This document shows positions 28,200 to 36,844 of a stretch of 64,000 nucleotides of DNA, in pieces. How positions within the stretch are numbered: the first letter of the stretch is position 1; every line of letters begins with the position of its first letter. Origin of the DNA: Smithellaceae bacterium (lineage in GTDB: Bacteria; Desulfobacterota; Syntrophia; Syntrophales; Smithellaceae); the NCBI GenBank assembly GCA_963667845.2, contig CAXXVL010000002.1:2080001-2144000 (forward strand), read 5' to 3'. Position numbers and translations under genes: made by a program. The notes under the pieces are model-generated. The model saw nothing but the letters and a program-made list of their open reading frames with translations, made no database searches and was not told where the DNA came from.

Positions 28200-28753
28200 T
28201 CGGCTCCATTAATTTTGCGATCGTGTTCTTTAAAATTACGGGCAGAGCCGATCCGCGCCTTAGTTACAGCGGCAACGCCGGGACCACCAATGTATACCGG
28301 CAGGCGGGCCTGCCGCGGGCCGTGCTGATTTTTATTCTGGATATCGGCCGGGCGCTGGCTGTGGCGGCGATTGGCACACATTTTCTCTACGGCCCCTGGC
28401 TTCCCTGGGCGGGCTTTTTTCTGGTCCTGGGCAACAGCTTTCCCTGCTTTCACGGATTTCGCGGCGGCAAAGGAGTGGCCAATTATCTCGGATTCACACT
28501 GCTTGTCGCACCCTGGGCCGCGCTCGTCTCCGCAATCATCTGGGTTCTGATTTACTACGGGATCAAACGCGTGCCGTTCATCGCCTCTTTCTTCATGGTG
28601 GCCGTTCTGGCGCTGGGCAATGCTTATCCGTTTCAATGGGCATTGACCGCTTCACTGGGGGCGCTGGCAACGTTTGTCCTGATCGTTTTTAATCACCGGC
28701 GCAATCTGCTGGACTTTCGGAAAAGCAACCAGACGGCAAAGCAGAACACCTGA
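28160..28753 (+). CDS. plsY: Glycerol-3-phosphate acyltransferase PlsY
   Basis: YLIGSI, SGNAGTTN, FRGGKGVA, HRRN. Confidence 0.85.
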   Translation: MEKIIIICLGAYLIGSINFAIVFFKITGRADPRLSYSGNAGTTNVYRQAGLPRAVLIFILDIGRALAVAAIGTHFLYGPWLPWAGFFLVLGNSFPCFHGFRGGKGVANYLGFTLLVAPWAALVSAIIWVLIYYGIKRVPFIASFFMVAVLALGNAYPFQWALTASLGALATFVLIVFNHRRNLLDFRKSNQTAKQNT

Positions 28754-28762
28754 CGGCACAAT

Positions 28763-29026
28763 TTACAGAACCAGCTTTACGGCGTGATGCGCTTTCAGAG
28801 CTTCATATAAAGCGGTCCGGTGGGATTCACTCTCTACGGTAAGCTCCACGTTCAGAGAAACGTATTTAGCCGTTTCGCTTTCACGCGACAACGATATTCT
28901 GCACGAACGATCCTGGACGATGTCATAAATTGCGTTTCTCATTTGATCCTGATCCGTCCCGAAGACCTTATAAATCCATAAGCACGGATACTTTAATTGA
29001 AGTTTTTGCTTTCTAGTATTGATCAT
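28763..29026 (-). CDS. DUF493/YbeD family protein
   Basis: KYPCLWIYKVFG...KYVSL...VKLVL. Confidence 0.8.
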   Translation of the reverse strand: MINTRKQKLQLKYPCLWIYKVFGTDQDQMRNAIYDIVQDRSCRISLSRESETAKYVSLNVELTVESESHRTALYEALKAHHAVKLVL

Positions 29027-29210
29027 GATTTCACTATTCTTTTCCCCAAACCCGTCTTGTTTTGAAACTTAAATTAGTGAAGGCGTTAAACAGAGTCAAG
29101 GGGTTTCTCGGTCTGCCGGTTTTTAGAATTCACTTTGACAAGGTATGGCTACTCTGGTAATAATTCCCCCGTAATATCACTTATTGAAAGAGGCATTGTA
29201 AGGAGGCCGT

Positions 29211-30143
29211 ATGCTGAAAAAATCAAATTCCGCACCATTAAGAAATTATTGTTTAATGTCTATTGTCCTGATGATTACTGTCATGTTTGTTGTGGGAATG
29301 GGTGTCACGCCGGCGCAGGCCGCGAAGAAGGCTGATGTGCAGAAAAGCATTGCGCCGCTCGTGGATATCAATAGTGCAACACAGAAAGAATTGGAGGATG
29401 TCAAAGGCGTAGGCCCGGCGACTGCGAAAAAAATAATTGCCGGCCGGCCCTACAAATCCGTTGATGAACTCTCCAGGGCGGGACTCAGTGCGAAAGCTAT
29501 CGACGCAATGAAGCCCTTTGTCACAGTCAGCAAGGTGCAGGCAGCCCCTGTGACCGCAGCAGCCGCCAAAGCAACATCAGCGATAACGGATAAGAAAGCT
29601 GAAGCGCAGAAAGGAATCGCAGGCGGGTTGGTGGACATTAACAGCGCCTCTGAAAAAGAGCTGGAGGCTGTCAAGGGGGTAGGTCCGGCCACCGCGAAAA
29701 AAATTGTCGCCAATCGTCCTTATCAATCCGTAGATGACCTTTCGAAAGCGGGACTTAAGCCCAAAACAATTGAAGCATTGAGGCCTTTTGTTGCAGTTGG
29801 CAAGGCCCAAGCCGCTCCCATAGCCGCATCAGCGGCGAAAGCAGCGACCAAGGCAGCGGCGCCGGTATCGGCGGCGGCGACGGATGTGACCGGTGCGGCA
29901 AAAGAAGTGAAGGCGACCTCTAAATCGGCTTCCGCGAGCGCAGCGAAACTTGCTCCGGGCACGAAAATCAATATTAATACGGCGGATCAGGCGACCCTGG
30001 AGAAACTTCCGGAAATCGGTCCCGTAAAGGCTAAAGCCATCATTGACGGCAGACCTTATAAGACCGTTGAAGACGTCATGAAAGTCAAAGGCATTAAAGG
30101 AAAGACATTTGATGTCATCAAGGATTTTATTGTTGTCAAATAA
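29211..30143 (+). CDS. Exported triple helix-hairpin-helix (ComEA-like) DNA-binding protein
   Basis: Three VDINSA/ININTA...GVGP/EIGP...RPY repeats after a signal peptide. Confidence 0.85.
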   Translation: MLKKSNSAPLRNYCLMSIVLMITVMFVVGMGVTPAQAAKKADVQKSIAPLVDINSATQKELEDVKGVGPATAKKIIAGRPYKSVDELSRAGLSAKAIDAMKPFVTVSKVQAAPVTAAAAKATSAITDKKAEAQKGIAGGLVDINSASEKELEAVKGVGPATAKKIVANRPYQSVDDLSKAGLKPKTIEALRPFVAVGKAQAAPIAASAAKAATKAAAPVSAAATDVTGAAKEVKATSKSASASAAKLAPGTKININTADQATLEKLPEIGPVKAKAIIDGRPYKTVEDVMKVKGIKGKTFDVIKDFIVVK

Positions 30144-30179
30144 GATTTGCACACACTAACCTGTAAAGGAGGAAGTAGG

Positions 30180-30479
30180 ATGAGAAAAGTTTTATTTTTA
30201 GTATGCGCGTTTCTATTGGTTGCCACAATGGCGTTTGCCGCAGGACCCAAAACATATCAGGTCACCGGGCCGGTTCTGGAAATCAAAGGGGATATCATCG
30301 TTGTTCAAAAAGATACCGATAAATGGGAAGTGGCTAAAGATGCCGCGACGAAGGTTACCGGTGATCTGAAGGTAGGTTCGAAAGTCACCATTGAATACAC
30401 GATGACGGCAAAGAAGATTGAGGTTAAAGAAGACAAGAAGGCGGACGCCAAAAAAGCGGATGCCAAAAAGAAAAAATAG
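30180..30479 (+). CDS. Small exported hypothetical protein
   Basis: Signal peptide (AFA), YQVTGPVLE, Lys-rich tail, AAGGAGG RBS. Confidence 0.75.
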   Translation: MRKVLFLVCAFLLVATMAFAAGPKTYQVTGPVLEIKGDIIVVQKDTDKWEVAKDAATKVTGDLKVGSKVTIEYTMTAKKIEVKEDKKADAKKADAKKKK

Positions 30480-30500
30480 GATAGTATCATTAATACCGGA

Positions 30501-30549
30501 ATGAGGGGCCGCTCCCTGTCGGAAAGACGGCGGGGGCGGCCCTTTTCAT
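30501..30549 (+). terminator. Intrinsic terminator
   Basis: GGGGCCGCTCCC...GGGGGCGGCCC-TTTT. Confidence 0.65.
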
Positions 30550-30571
30550 TTACAGAACCGGGAGATTGACG

Positions 30572-30981
30572 ATGGGTTTATTTGACGAAGTTGTATCAAT
30601 TGTCGGGAAGCAGCTGGGCGGCGGCGGGCAGAACAGCTTGATGGAGCAGGCCATTGCTGTGATTAACAACCCTGAAACAGGCGGCCTGCAAGGGCTGATA
30701 GAAAAATTTCAGCCGGTGGCCTGGGAGAAATCGTATCATCATGGATCGGTACGGGGGCAAACCAGCCTGTTTCCGCCGAGCAGATCGTCGATGCTCTGGG
30801 TTCGGAAAAGATTAAGGAGCTTGCCTTGCAGGCGGGTATACCGGAGAGCCAGGTATCGGACAGCCTGGCCGGTCTTCTGCCCCGGATCATCGATCAACTG
30901 ACCCCCAATGGTCAGATGCCGGAAGGGAATGCGCTTGTCGAGAGCATCGGTGCGCTGGCCGGAAAATTCCTGAAAGGATGA
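30572..30981 (+). pseudogene. YidB/DUF937 family gene with a 1-nt frameshift near 30712
   Basis: GGLQGLIEKFQ continues in another frame as AGGLGEIVSSWIGTGANQPVS...LLPRIIDQLTPNG. Confidence 0.8.
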
Positions 30982-31149
30982 TCCATTCCTGCCGACGAAC
31001 CTGTATCGCACGCAAGCCTGATCAGATCCCTTTTGCCGTGGATACCCATGAAGTCTTTCCGGAATGCCTTCCCCAGAAGGGGAGGTGATTCCCGGGAGCA
31101 TACAAGCCTCTGAGCCGAGCGGTTCAGCAAACATCATTGCCGATTGAAA

Positions 31150-31193
31150 AAGGCTGATTAAGAAGTTTATCCTTCCTCTTCTTAATCAGCCTT
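31150..31193. terminator. Perfect 16-bp inverted repeat, likely bidirectional terminator
   Basis: AAGGCTGATTAAGAAG...CTTCTTAATCAGCCTT between convergent genes. Confidence 0.7.
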
Positions 31194-31197
31194 CGTT

Positions 31198-31292
31198 TTC
31201 AATCCCGCTTGAGCGGAACGAGCGTTAATTCCCTGTCGCTTGCTGCGAAATTCATTTCATGCCTCGACAGCTCGCTGCGAGGTGGTTGATTT
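31198..31292. repeat. Dispersed ~63-bp repeat, copy 1 (second half duplicated)
   Basis: TCAATCCCGCTTGAGCGGAACGAGCGTTAATTCCCTGTCGCTTGCTGCGA...GGTTGAT. Confidence 0.8.
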
Positions 31293-31324
31293 GATACGGA
31301 TATGCGATATTTTGCACGCAGGGC

Positions 31325-32908
31325 TTAAGGCAAGGGCGCTGCGGTGCCCGGCGTCAGAGCGCCGGTGGTCTGATTGATGGTATAGACCGAAATATTGCTG
31401 GAACCCGCGTTCAACGTATAGGCAAATCTTCCTAGCGGATCAATTGTAAAAGCATAGGGATTTGTTCCGGCGGCAAACGGCGTTCCGGTAAGCAGTGTCA
31501 GGGCTCCCGTGCCTGTGTCGGGGGGAGTGATCGTATCGATGGAATAGGCGTAGATATCATTGGAGGTATAATTTGCCGCATAGGCGTACTTGCCCCGCAA
31601 GGCAGCGGTTGTCGCGGTATTCGGGATAATCGAAAAGACGGATGGATTTAATCCCGTGGTCACGGCGGTTCCCGCTATTAACCCTCCGCTGAGTTGATCG
31701 ACGATGAAGGGCGAGATGATGTTGCCGTCGTAATTTGCCGTATAGACGAATCTACCTGATGGATCAAGGATTGGAGCCTTTGGGGTCGCTCCGGTTACAA
31801 GCGCTATTCCCGCAGTCAGATTGCCGGTAACCGAATCAATGGCGAAGGGGAATATCGTGTTCTGAGCCGTATTGGTTGTATAGGCAAATTGCTTGGGGCC
31901 GGGGATGGTAGCTATCGCAACGGCAGTGGGATTAATGCCGGTTGTAGCCGCAGTCCCGGCGACCAAAGCTCCGGTCGTTTGATCGATGGTGTAGACAGAG
32001 ATTGTACTGGAGCCGGTATTTGCGACGTAGGCAAAATTTCCCGTCGGGTCGATGGTGATCGCCGAGGGATTTGTGCCGGCGGCAAAGGGCGATCCGACGC
32101 CGATCAGCTCCGTCAAGCTGCCGGTAAGGGTGATGAGATAGGCCGAAATATTATTCGAGTTGACGTTAGGCACGTAAGCAATCTTCCCGGCAAAAGCTGG
32201 ATTAACGGCTGTGGTCGGCATAATGGTTACGCTATACGGAGCGGTTCCGGCCGCAAACGGTGATCCGAAGACTTCCGTCAAGATGCCGCTCAAAGTATCA
32301 ATCGTGTAGGCCGAAACACTGTTGGAGTTCAGATTTGTAACATAGAGGAAGCTGCCCGACGGATCAATCGTGGCGGAATTCGGATTGGTTCCCGCCGCAA
32401 AGGGCGATCCCGTCACCGCCGCCAGAGCGCCTGTGCCGGCATTGATGGCGAAAGCCGAAATATTGCCGGTTTTATAATTTGCCGCATAGGCGAATGTTCC
32501 CGGGGGGGTTACCACGAGCCGGGGCGGCGGCGCTATGCAGTTGATAAAGATATTATTGATTGGAGCATCATTGATGGTGCCCGCTCCGTTCATAACGACA
32601 CAGGCTTGCGATGCAGCGGCCGGCTGGGTTTTGATCGTAACGGAGTAAGTGAGGCCGGTTGGAACCGCCTTTCCAAAAACGAATGTGCCGTTGTTCGAGA
32701 CAATCAGATCATCGGTGCTATTGTTTTGCAGGACCAGTCCGCCGCCTACCATACCGCTGACCGTTCCTCTGATTGTATAGCTGTATCCTTCGTTACCGCT
32801 CCCGCAGGACGTCAAAAGCATCGCGAGAGCGATCATGCCTATTGACCCGGCGAGCAGGCTCGACAGGAATCCCGGATTCTTTTTCTTATCCCCAAACTGT
32901 GCCACCAT
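31325..32908 (-). CDS. Lipoprotein with lactonase-family beta-propeller repeats
   Basis: Lipobox LTSC; repeated GSPFAAGTNP...IDPxGxFAY units. Confidence 0.85.
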   Translation of the reverse strand: MVAQFGDKKKNPGFLSSLLAGSIGMIALAMLLTSCGSGNEGYSYTIRGTVSGMVGGGLVLQNNSTDDLIVSNNGTFVFGKAVPTGLTYSVTIKTQPAAASQACVVMNGAGTINDAPINNIFINCIAPPPRLVVTPPGTFAYAANYKTGNISAFAINAGTGALAAVTGSPFAAGTNPNSATIDPSGSFLYVTNLNSNSVSAYTIDTLSGILTEVFGSPFAAGTAPYSVTIMPTTAVNPAFAGKIAYVPNVNSNNISAYLITLTGSLTELIGVGSPFAAGTNPSAITIDPTGNFAYVANTGSSTISVYTIDQTTGALVAGTAATTGINPTAVAIATIPGPKQFAYTTNTAQNTIFPFAIDSVTGNLTAGIALVTGATPKAPILDPSGRFVYTANYDGNIISPFIVDQLSGGLIAGTAVTTGLNPSVFSIIPNTATTAALRGKYAYAANYTSNDIYAYSIDTITPPDTGTGALTLLTGTPFAAGTNPYAFTIDPLGRFAYTLNAGSSNISVYTINQTTGALTPGTAAPLP

Positions 32909-33168
32909 TTTTCCCCCTTCAGTACCCCGTAATTTGGGATACACCGGCTTGACTCGTATTGATTTTTATATTGGAAATATATGTAGAATTGTCCGGTATG
33001 TCAATTAAATGTTGGCCCAAATCGTCTGTCGTCCTCAAACGATCGTGGCGCTGCCGGGACCGGGTAAAATCATGAAATGTCGAGCCCGAAAGGGAGGGGG
33101 ATATCCATTTGACCTGATGATCTTGACCCATTAAGGGCCTGACGGCGGGAAGAACCTGTCACGATCGG

Positions 33169-35391
33169 TTATGCGTCCACGCGTTCCAATTCCAGAAGCA
33201 TGAGTTTGATGTTGGACAACTTCCTGAGTTTGGCCCGAAGAACCGGCGAATCTTTTCTTTGCCGGAGGTCGTCCTCCGAGATATGGCGGTAGATGATATC
33301 GATCGTATCCTGAACATGCAGCATGAATTCATCCGCACGGATATTCCCATGGATCATATGATAAACCGCAATATTGTCAGGGATCAGCTTTTCCGTTTCG
33401 ATGCGGGCTTTTTTGAGCCAGTCCAGTACGATCATGCAGAGCTGAGGTGTTATCGACGGGGCAAAATCCCACAGGATGAGGGCAAACATGAACTTCATGA
33501 ACGGGATGTTGCTTCTGCAGAGCACCAGGTTTTCATATCGGGCGATAACCAGATTGACGATGAGCAGTAAAAGTCTATCGCCTTTCTCCGCTTTATTGCC
33601 CGTTGTCCGCAGATCATCCCGCAACCAGCCGATCGTTTTGAAAATACATTGGCTGACGTTTTGGAAAATGCCGCGAACGCCGGCTGATAATGCATTTATT
33701 TTGTTTCCCGCCGGTTTTCCCGTCGCGGACAGCAGGTCAATCAGGCACATCGTATAGCTGATCATGTAGAGGGAATTCAAAGCCTTTCCCGTTGCCGAAA
33801 CCGTCATGCCTTTCAAAAAGGCATTCTGCGCGAGGTGTAGTTGGGCCAGGATGTCCGATTTTTGTATGTGGACCGGGCCTGTCGATTTTTTCTTTCGAAG
33901 AAATTTTAAGTATTTGATCGCTCTGCCGAAGCGAAGAATTCCGATTTCATGCCAGATATCGCTCTCCTGCCGGCAGTTGCTGACGATGAAATCGCCTTCG
34001 GCTTCGGCCCGCTCGAAGACGGAATCGGCAAAATAGAGATCGGACTGCATCTGGGCGATGTTTGAGCAAATGAGCAGACGCATCAGCCGGGCCGCCAGAT
34101 TGAGCGGCTGTGAAAGCAGCAGGTGGGCCAGCACGGTATCCGCCTCATAAGGCATCTGCCGCGCGCGCAGGGCCTTGGCAATTTCGGTAAGCAGCAGGGC
34201 GCTTTGCGGGAAACGATGCATGGCCGTAATGGCGCCGAAAGAGCATTGTCCCGCAAACTCCGGGAAATGGAGCTCCCGTTTGAAAACTTCATACGATGGT
34301 TCCGAAACGGATCTGGGCAGCATCTTTTCTTCGAGCAGACACGGGATGTAATCATAATAGCTGTATGACAGAAAATTGCTGACCGACCAGAGATCGCCGC
34401 CGTAACCTGTGGTCTGATGATCGCCGCCGGCATAGAGTTCAAAACTCACTTTGACCGAGGCATTCAGAGCGCACAGGTGCGCAAAGTCGGTCAGGTAAAT
34501 CCCCGATTCGGCACTGAGGCGGATATCCAGAATCCGCTGAATCGTTGCATTGGCCTGGGGCATCGCCCCCGTATGGATGATGATGACCAGCTTTTTCTGG
34601 GGACTGCCGGACGAGGAAAGCAGCCAGCGGGCGGCCATCTGATGGGCGATGGCCATCACATTGCGGATCGCTTCACTATAGAGCCGGGGTTCGTCCACCG
34701 GCCCCGGTTTTTTTGGCGCCCGCAGGTTGAAGGTGGTGGCGCCGACCGTTTCCATAATTTTTTTGTGGACGTGATTTTCCAAGCGGAGATATTCGATGCA
34801 GGCGGCCAATTCGTTTTTAAGCCAGGTCACATCCGACGGTATGATGATTTCACCCTGTCCCTGCAGGTGAAAGGTGATTGTGACGCCGGCCGTTTCCGAG
34901 GGCGTTTCAATGCTATTTTCCGGATTTTCGGGGAGGTCTAAAAGCAGATCATAGTGCCAGTGGAGATCCGGATATTTCTGTGCCAGCTTGAAAGCCAGAA
35001 TCCTCACGAGCGCCCGTTTCTTCGGCGTATTGACCACAAATCGTTTCTTAAGCCGGGTGATCATGGACGCCTGAATTTCGGGCCAGGACAGCTCCCGCCC
35101 TGTGATTTCCAGTTGTGCGATCAAGGCGTTTACGGACAAATTTCCCGTAAGCTTCTCCAGAACGTCCGGGAAAGTCAGCCCTGCCGGAAGCCCGTGGCCG
35201 GCATCCGGGCAGCTGTTCTTTTCCAGAAAGGCCACAAAGGCCGCTTCGGTATTGGCGTCGATGATCGAATGGTCGAAGGCGTACTTGACAATGCCGGGGA
35301 TGGCACGGCGGGAGATGTCCCGGTCGTTTTCCTTGAAATCATTAAAACTCGCGACGCTGGGAAAAGCAGAGAGCAGGGATTCAATGATCAT
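33169..35391 (-). CDS. Hypothetical protein (possible degenerate cyclase-fold middle domain, helical C-terminus)
   Basis: Long ORF directly after the amidohydrolase; IIIHTG and GIYLT segments. Confidence 0.7.
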   Translation of the reverse strand: MIIESLLSAFPSVASFNDFKENDRDISRRAIPGIVKYAFDHSIIDANTEAAFVAFLEKNSCPDAGHGLPAGLTFPDVLEKLTGNLSVNALIAQLEITGRELSWPEIQASMITRLKKRFVVNTPKKRALVRILAFKLAQKYPDLHWHYDLLLDLPENPENSIETPSETAGVTITFHLQGQGEIIIPSDVTWLKNELAACIEYLRLENHVHKKIMETVGATTFNLRAPKKPGPVDEPRLYSEAIRNVMAIAHQMAARWLLSSSGSPQKKLVIIIHTGAMPQANATIQRILDIRLSAESGIYLTDFAHLCALNASVKVSFELYAGGDHQTTGYGGDLWSVSNFLSYSYYDYIPCLLEEKMLPRSVSEPSYEVFKRELHFPEFAGQCSFGAITAMHRFPQSALLLTEIAKALRARQMPYEADTVLAHLLLSQPLNLAARLMRLLICSNIAQMQSDLYFADSVFERAEAEGDFIVSNCRQESDIWHEIGILRFGRAIKYLKFLRKKKSTGPVHIQKSDILAQLHLAQNAFLKGMTVSATGKALNSLYMISYTMCLIDLLSATGKPAGNKINALSAGVRGIFQNVSQCIFKTIGWLRDDLRTTGNKAEKGDRLLLLIVNLVIARYENLVLCRSNIPFMKFMFALILWDFAPSITPQLCMIVLDWLKKARIETEKLIPDNIAVYHMIHGNIRADEFMLHVQDTIDIIYRHISEDDLRQRKDSPVLRAKLRKLSNIKLMLLELERVDA

Positions 35392-35491
35392 ACGGCATCC
35401 AGCCTTTTGATTTCTTTGATTTATTGTATTAGTTGCATAAATCCGGCCGGGTTTCAATATAATTTTTGATCGCACCGGCCAAAGCGGCAGC

Positions 35492-36844
35492 TTACGAATG
35501 GATTATGGAATGATGTTCGGCCCTGATATGCAAAGCGATGTCGCGGACGCTGTTCATGACAGCGGCGAGGTCGATCGTCAGCAGGCGGCGATTCTCCATC
35601 ACCATCTTTCCGTTGATGATGCTGGTTATCACGTCGGCGCCGCGCGCGGCGTAAACGAGCTGGGAATACGGATTGTAAAGAGGCGTCAGGTGCGGCTGGT
35701 TCATGTCGATGATGATGATGTCCGCCTGTTTGCCGACTTCGATTGAGCCGGTGAGGTGATCAAGCCCGAGGAGGCGCGCGCCGCCGATTGTGGCCATTTG
35801 GACGACCGTTTCGGCGCTCATCACCGTGGGGTCAAGCCCCGTGACTTTATGAATTTTGGCCGCGGCGTCCATCTCCCGGAAGAGGTCCAGAGCGTTGTTG
35901 CTCGCGGAGCCGTCCGTGCCGAGACCAACCGTTACGCCTTTTGCAAGCATCAACGGTACGGGCGCGACGCCCGACGCGAGCTTCATGGAGCTCATCGGAT
36001 TGTGAGAAATGCCGACGCCGAGATCCGCAAAGAGCGCGATGTCTTCGGCCGTGAGCCAGTTGCAGTGCACGGCGATGGTCCGGCTGTCGAGCACTCCCAG
36101 ATCGTAAAGATGCTGCACCGGCTTTTTGCCGTAGCGTTTTTCAATCGTAGCGATCTCGTCTTTGTTTTCCAGAAGGTGCGTCAGATAAAGAATGCCGGCT
36201 TCGCGGGCCGCCGCTTTTACGTTCACCAGGGTTGCAGGCGAGCAGGTATAAGGCGAATGGCAGAAAAAAGCGGGCGTGATCATCGGCGTGTGAGAAAGCC
36301 AGCGCTTCACGAACCTCTCGGCCGCCGCCATCATTTTTTCATATTTCGGATTGTCCGGCGTGGCGAAATCGGCGAATCCCTGGGATACGACCGCACGCAT
36401 GCCGCAGGAGTGCAAGGCTTCCGCAATTTGATTTTCGAAAAAATACCCGTCGCAAAAAGTTGTTGTTCCCGAAAGGATCATTTCCGCCATAGCGAGCAGT
36501 GAGCCGTCGTAAACCATTTTTTTGTTCACGAAGCGCGCCTCCATCGGAAAGATGTGATGATTGAGCCAGTCCATGAGCGGCAGATCATCCGCCAGACCCC
36601 GAAAGCACACCATCGGCAGATGTGTGTGCGTGTTGACCAGTCCGGGCACGACGAGGCAGCCGCGCGCATCGATGATTTTGGAGGCTCGGCTGCGGCTGTC
36701 TTTGCCCACGAACGTGATGCGGTCCGCCGTGATGCCGAGGGTTGCGTCGTGAATGATTTCCATGGTCGGAGACAGGGTCAGCAATGTTCCACCCTGGATG
36801 ACAATATCAAAATGGTCGGGTTGCATCGTTTCGTCTTTCCTCAT
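35492..36844 (-). CDS. Amidohydrolase, MTA/SAH deaminase-like
   Basis: NTHTH, HSPYT, HLLE, SHNP, GLGTDG. Confidence 0.88.
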   Translation of the reverse strand: MRKDETMQPDHFDIVIQGGTLLTLSPTMEIIHDATLGITADRITFVGKDSRSRASKIIDARGCLVVPGLVNTHTHLPMVCFRGLADDLPLMDWLNHHIFPMEARFVNKKMVYDGSLLAMAEMILSGTTTFCDGYFFENQIAEALHSCGMRAVVSQGFADFATPDNPKYEKMMAAAERFVKRWLSHTPMITPAFFCHSPYTCSPATLVNVKAAAREAGILYLTHLLENKDEIATIEKRYGKKPVQHLYDLGVLDSRTIAVHCNWLTAEDIALFADLGVGISHNPMSSMKLASGVAPVPLMLAKGVTVGLGTDGSASNNALDLFREMDAAAKIHKVTGLDPTVMSAETVVQMATIGGARLLGLDHLTGSIEVGKQADIIIIDMNQPHLTPLYNPYSQLVYAARGADVITSIINGKMVMENRRLLTIDLAAVMNSVRDIALHIRAEHHSIIHS

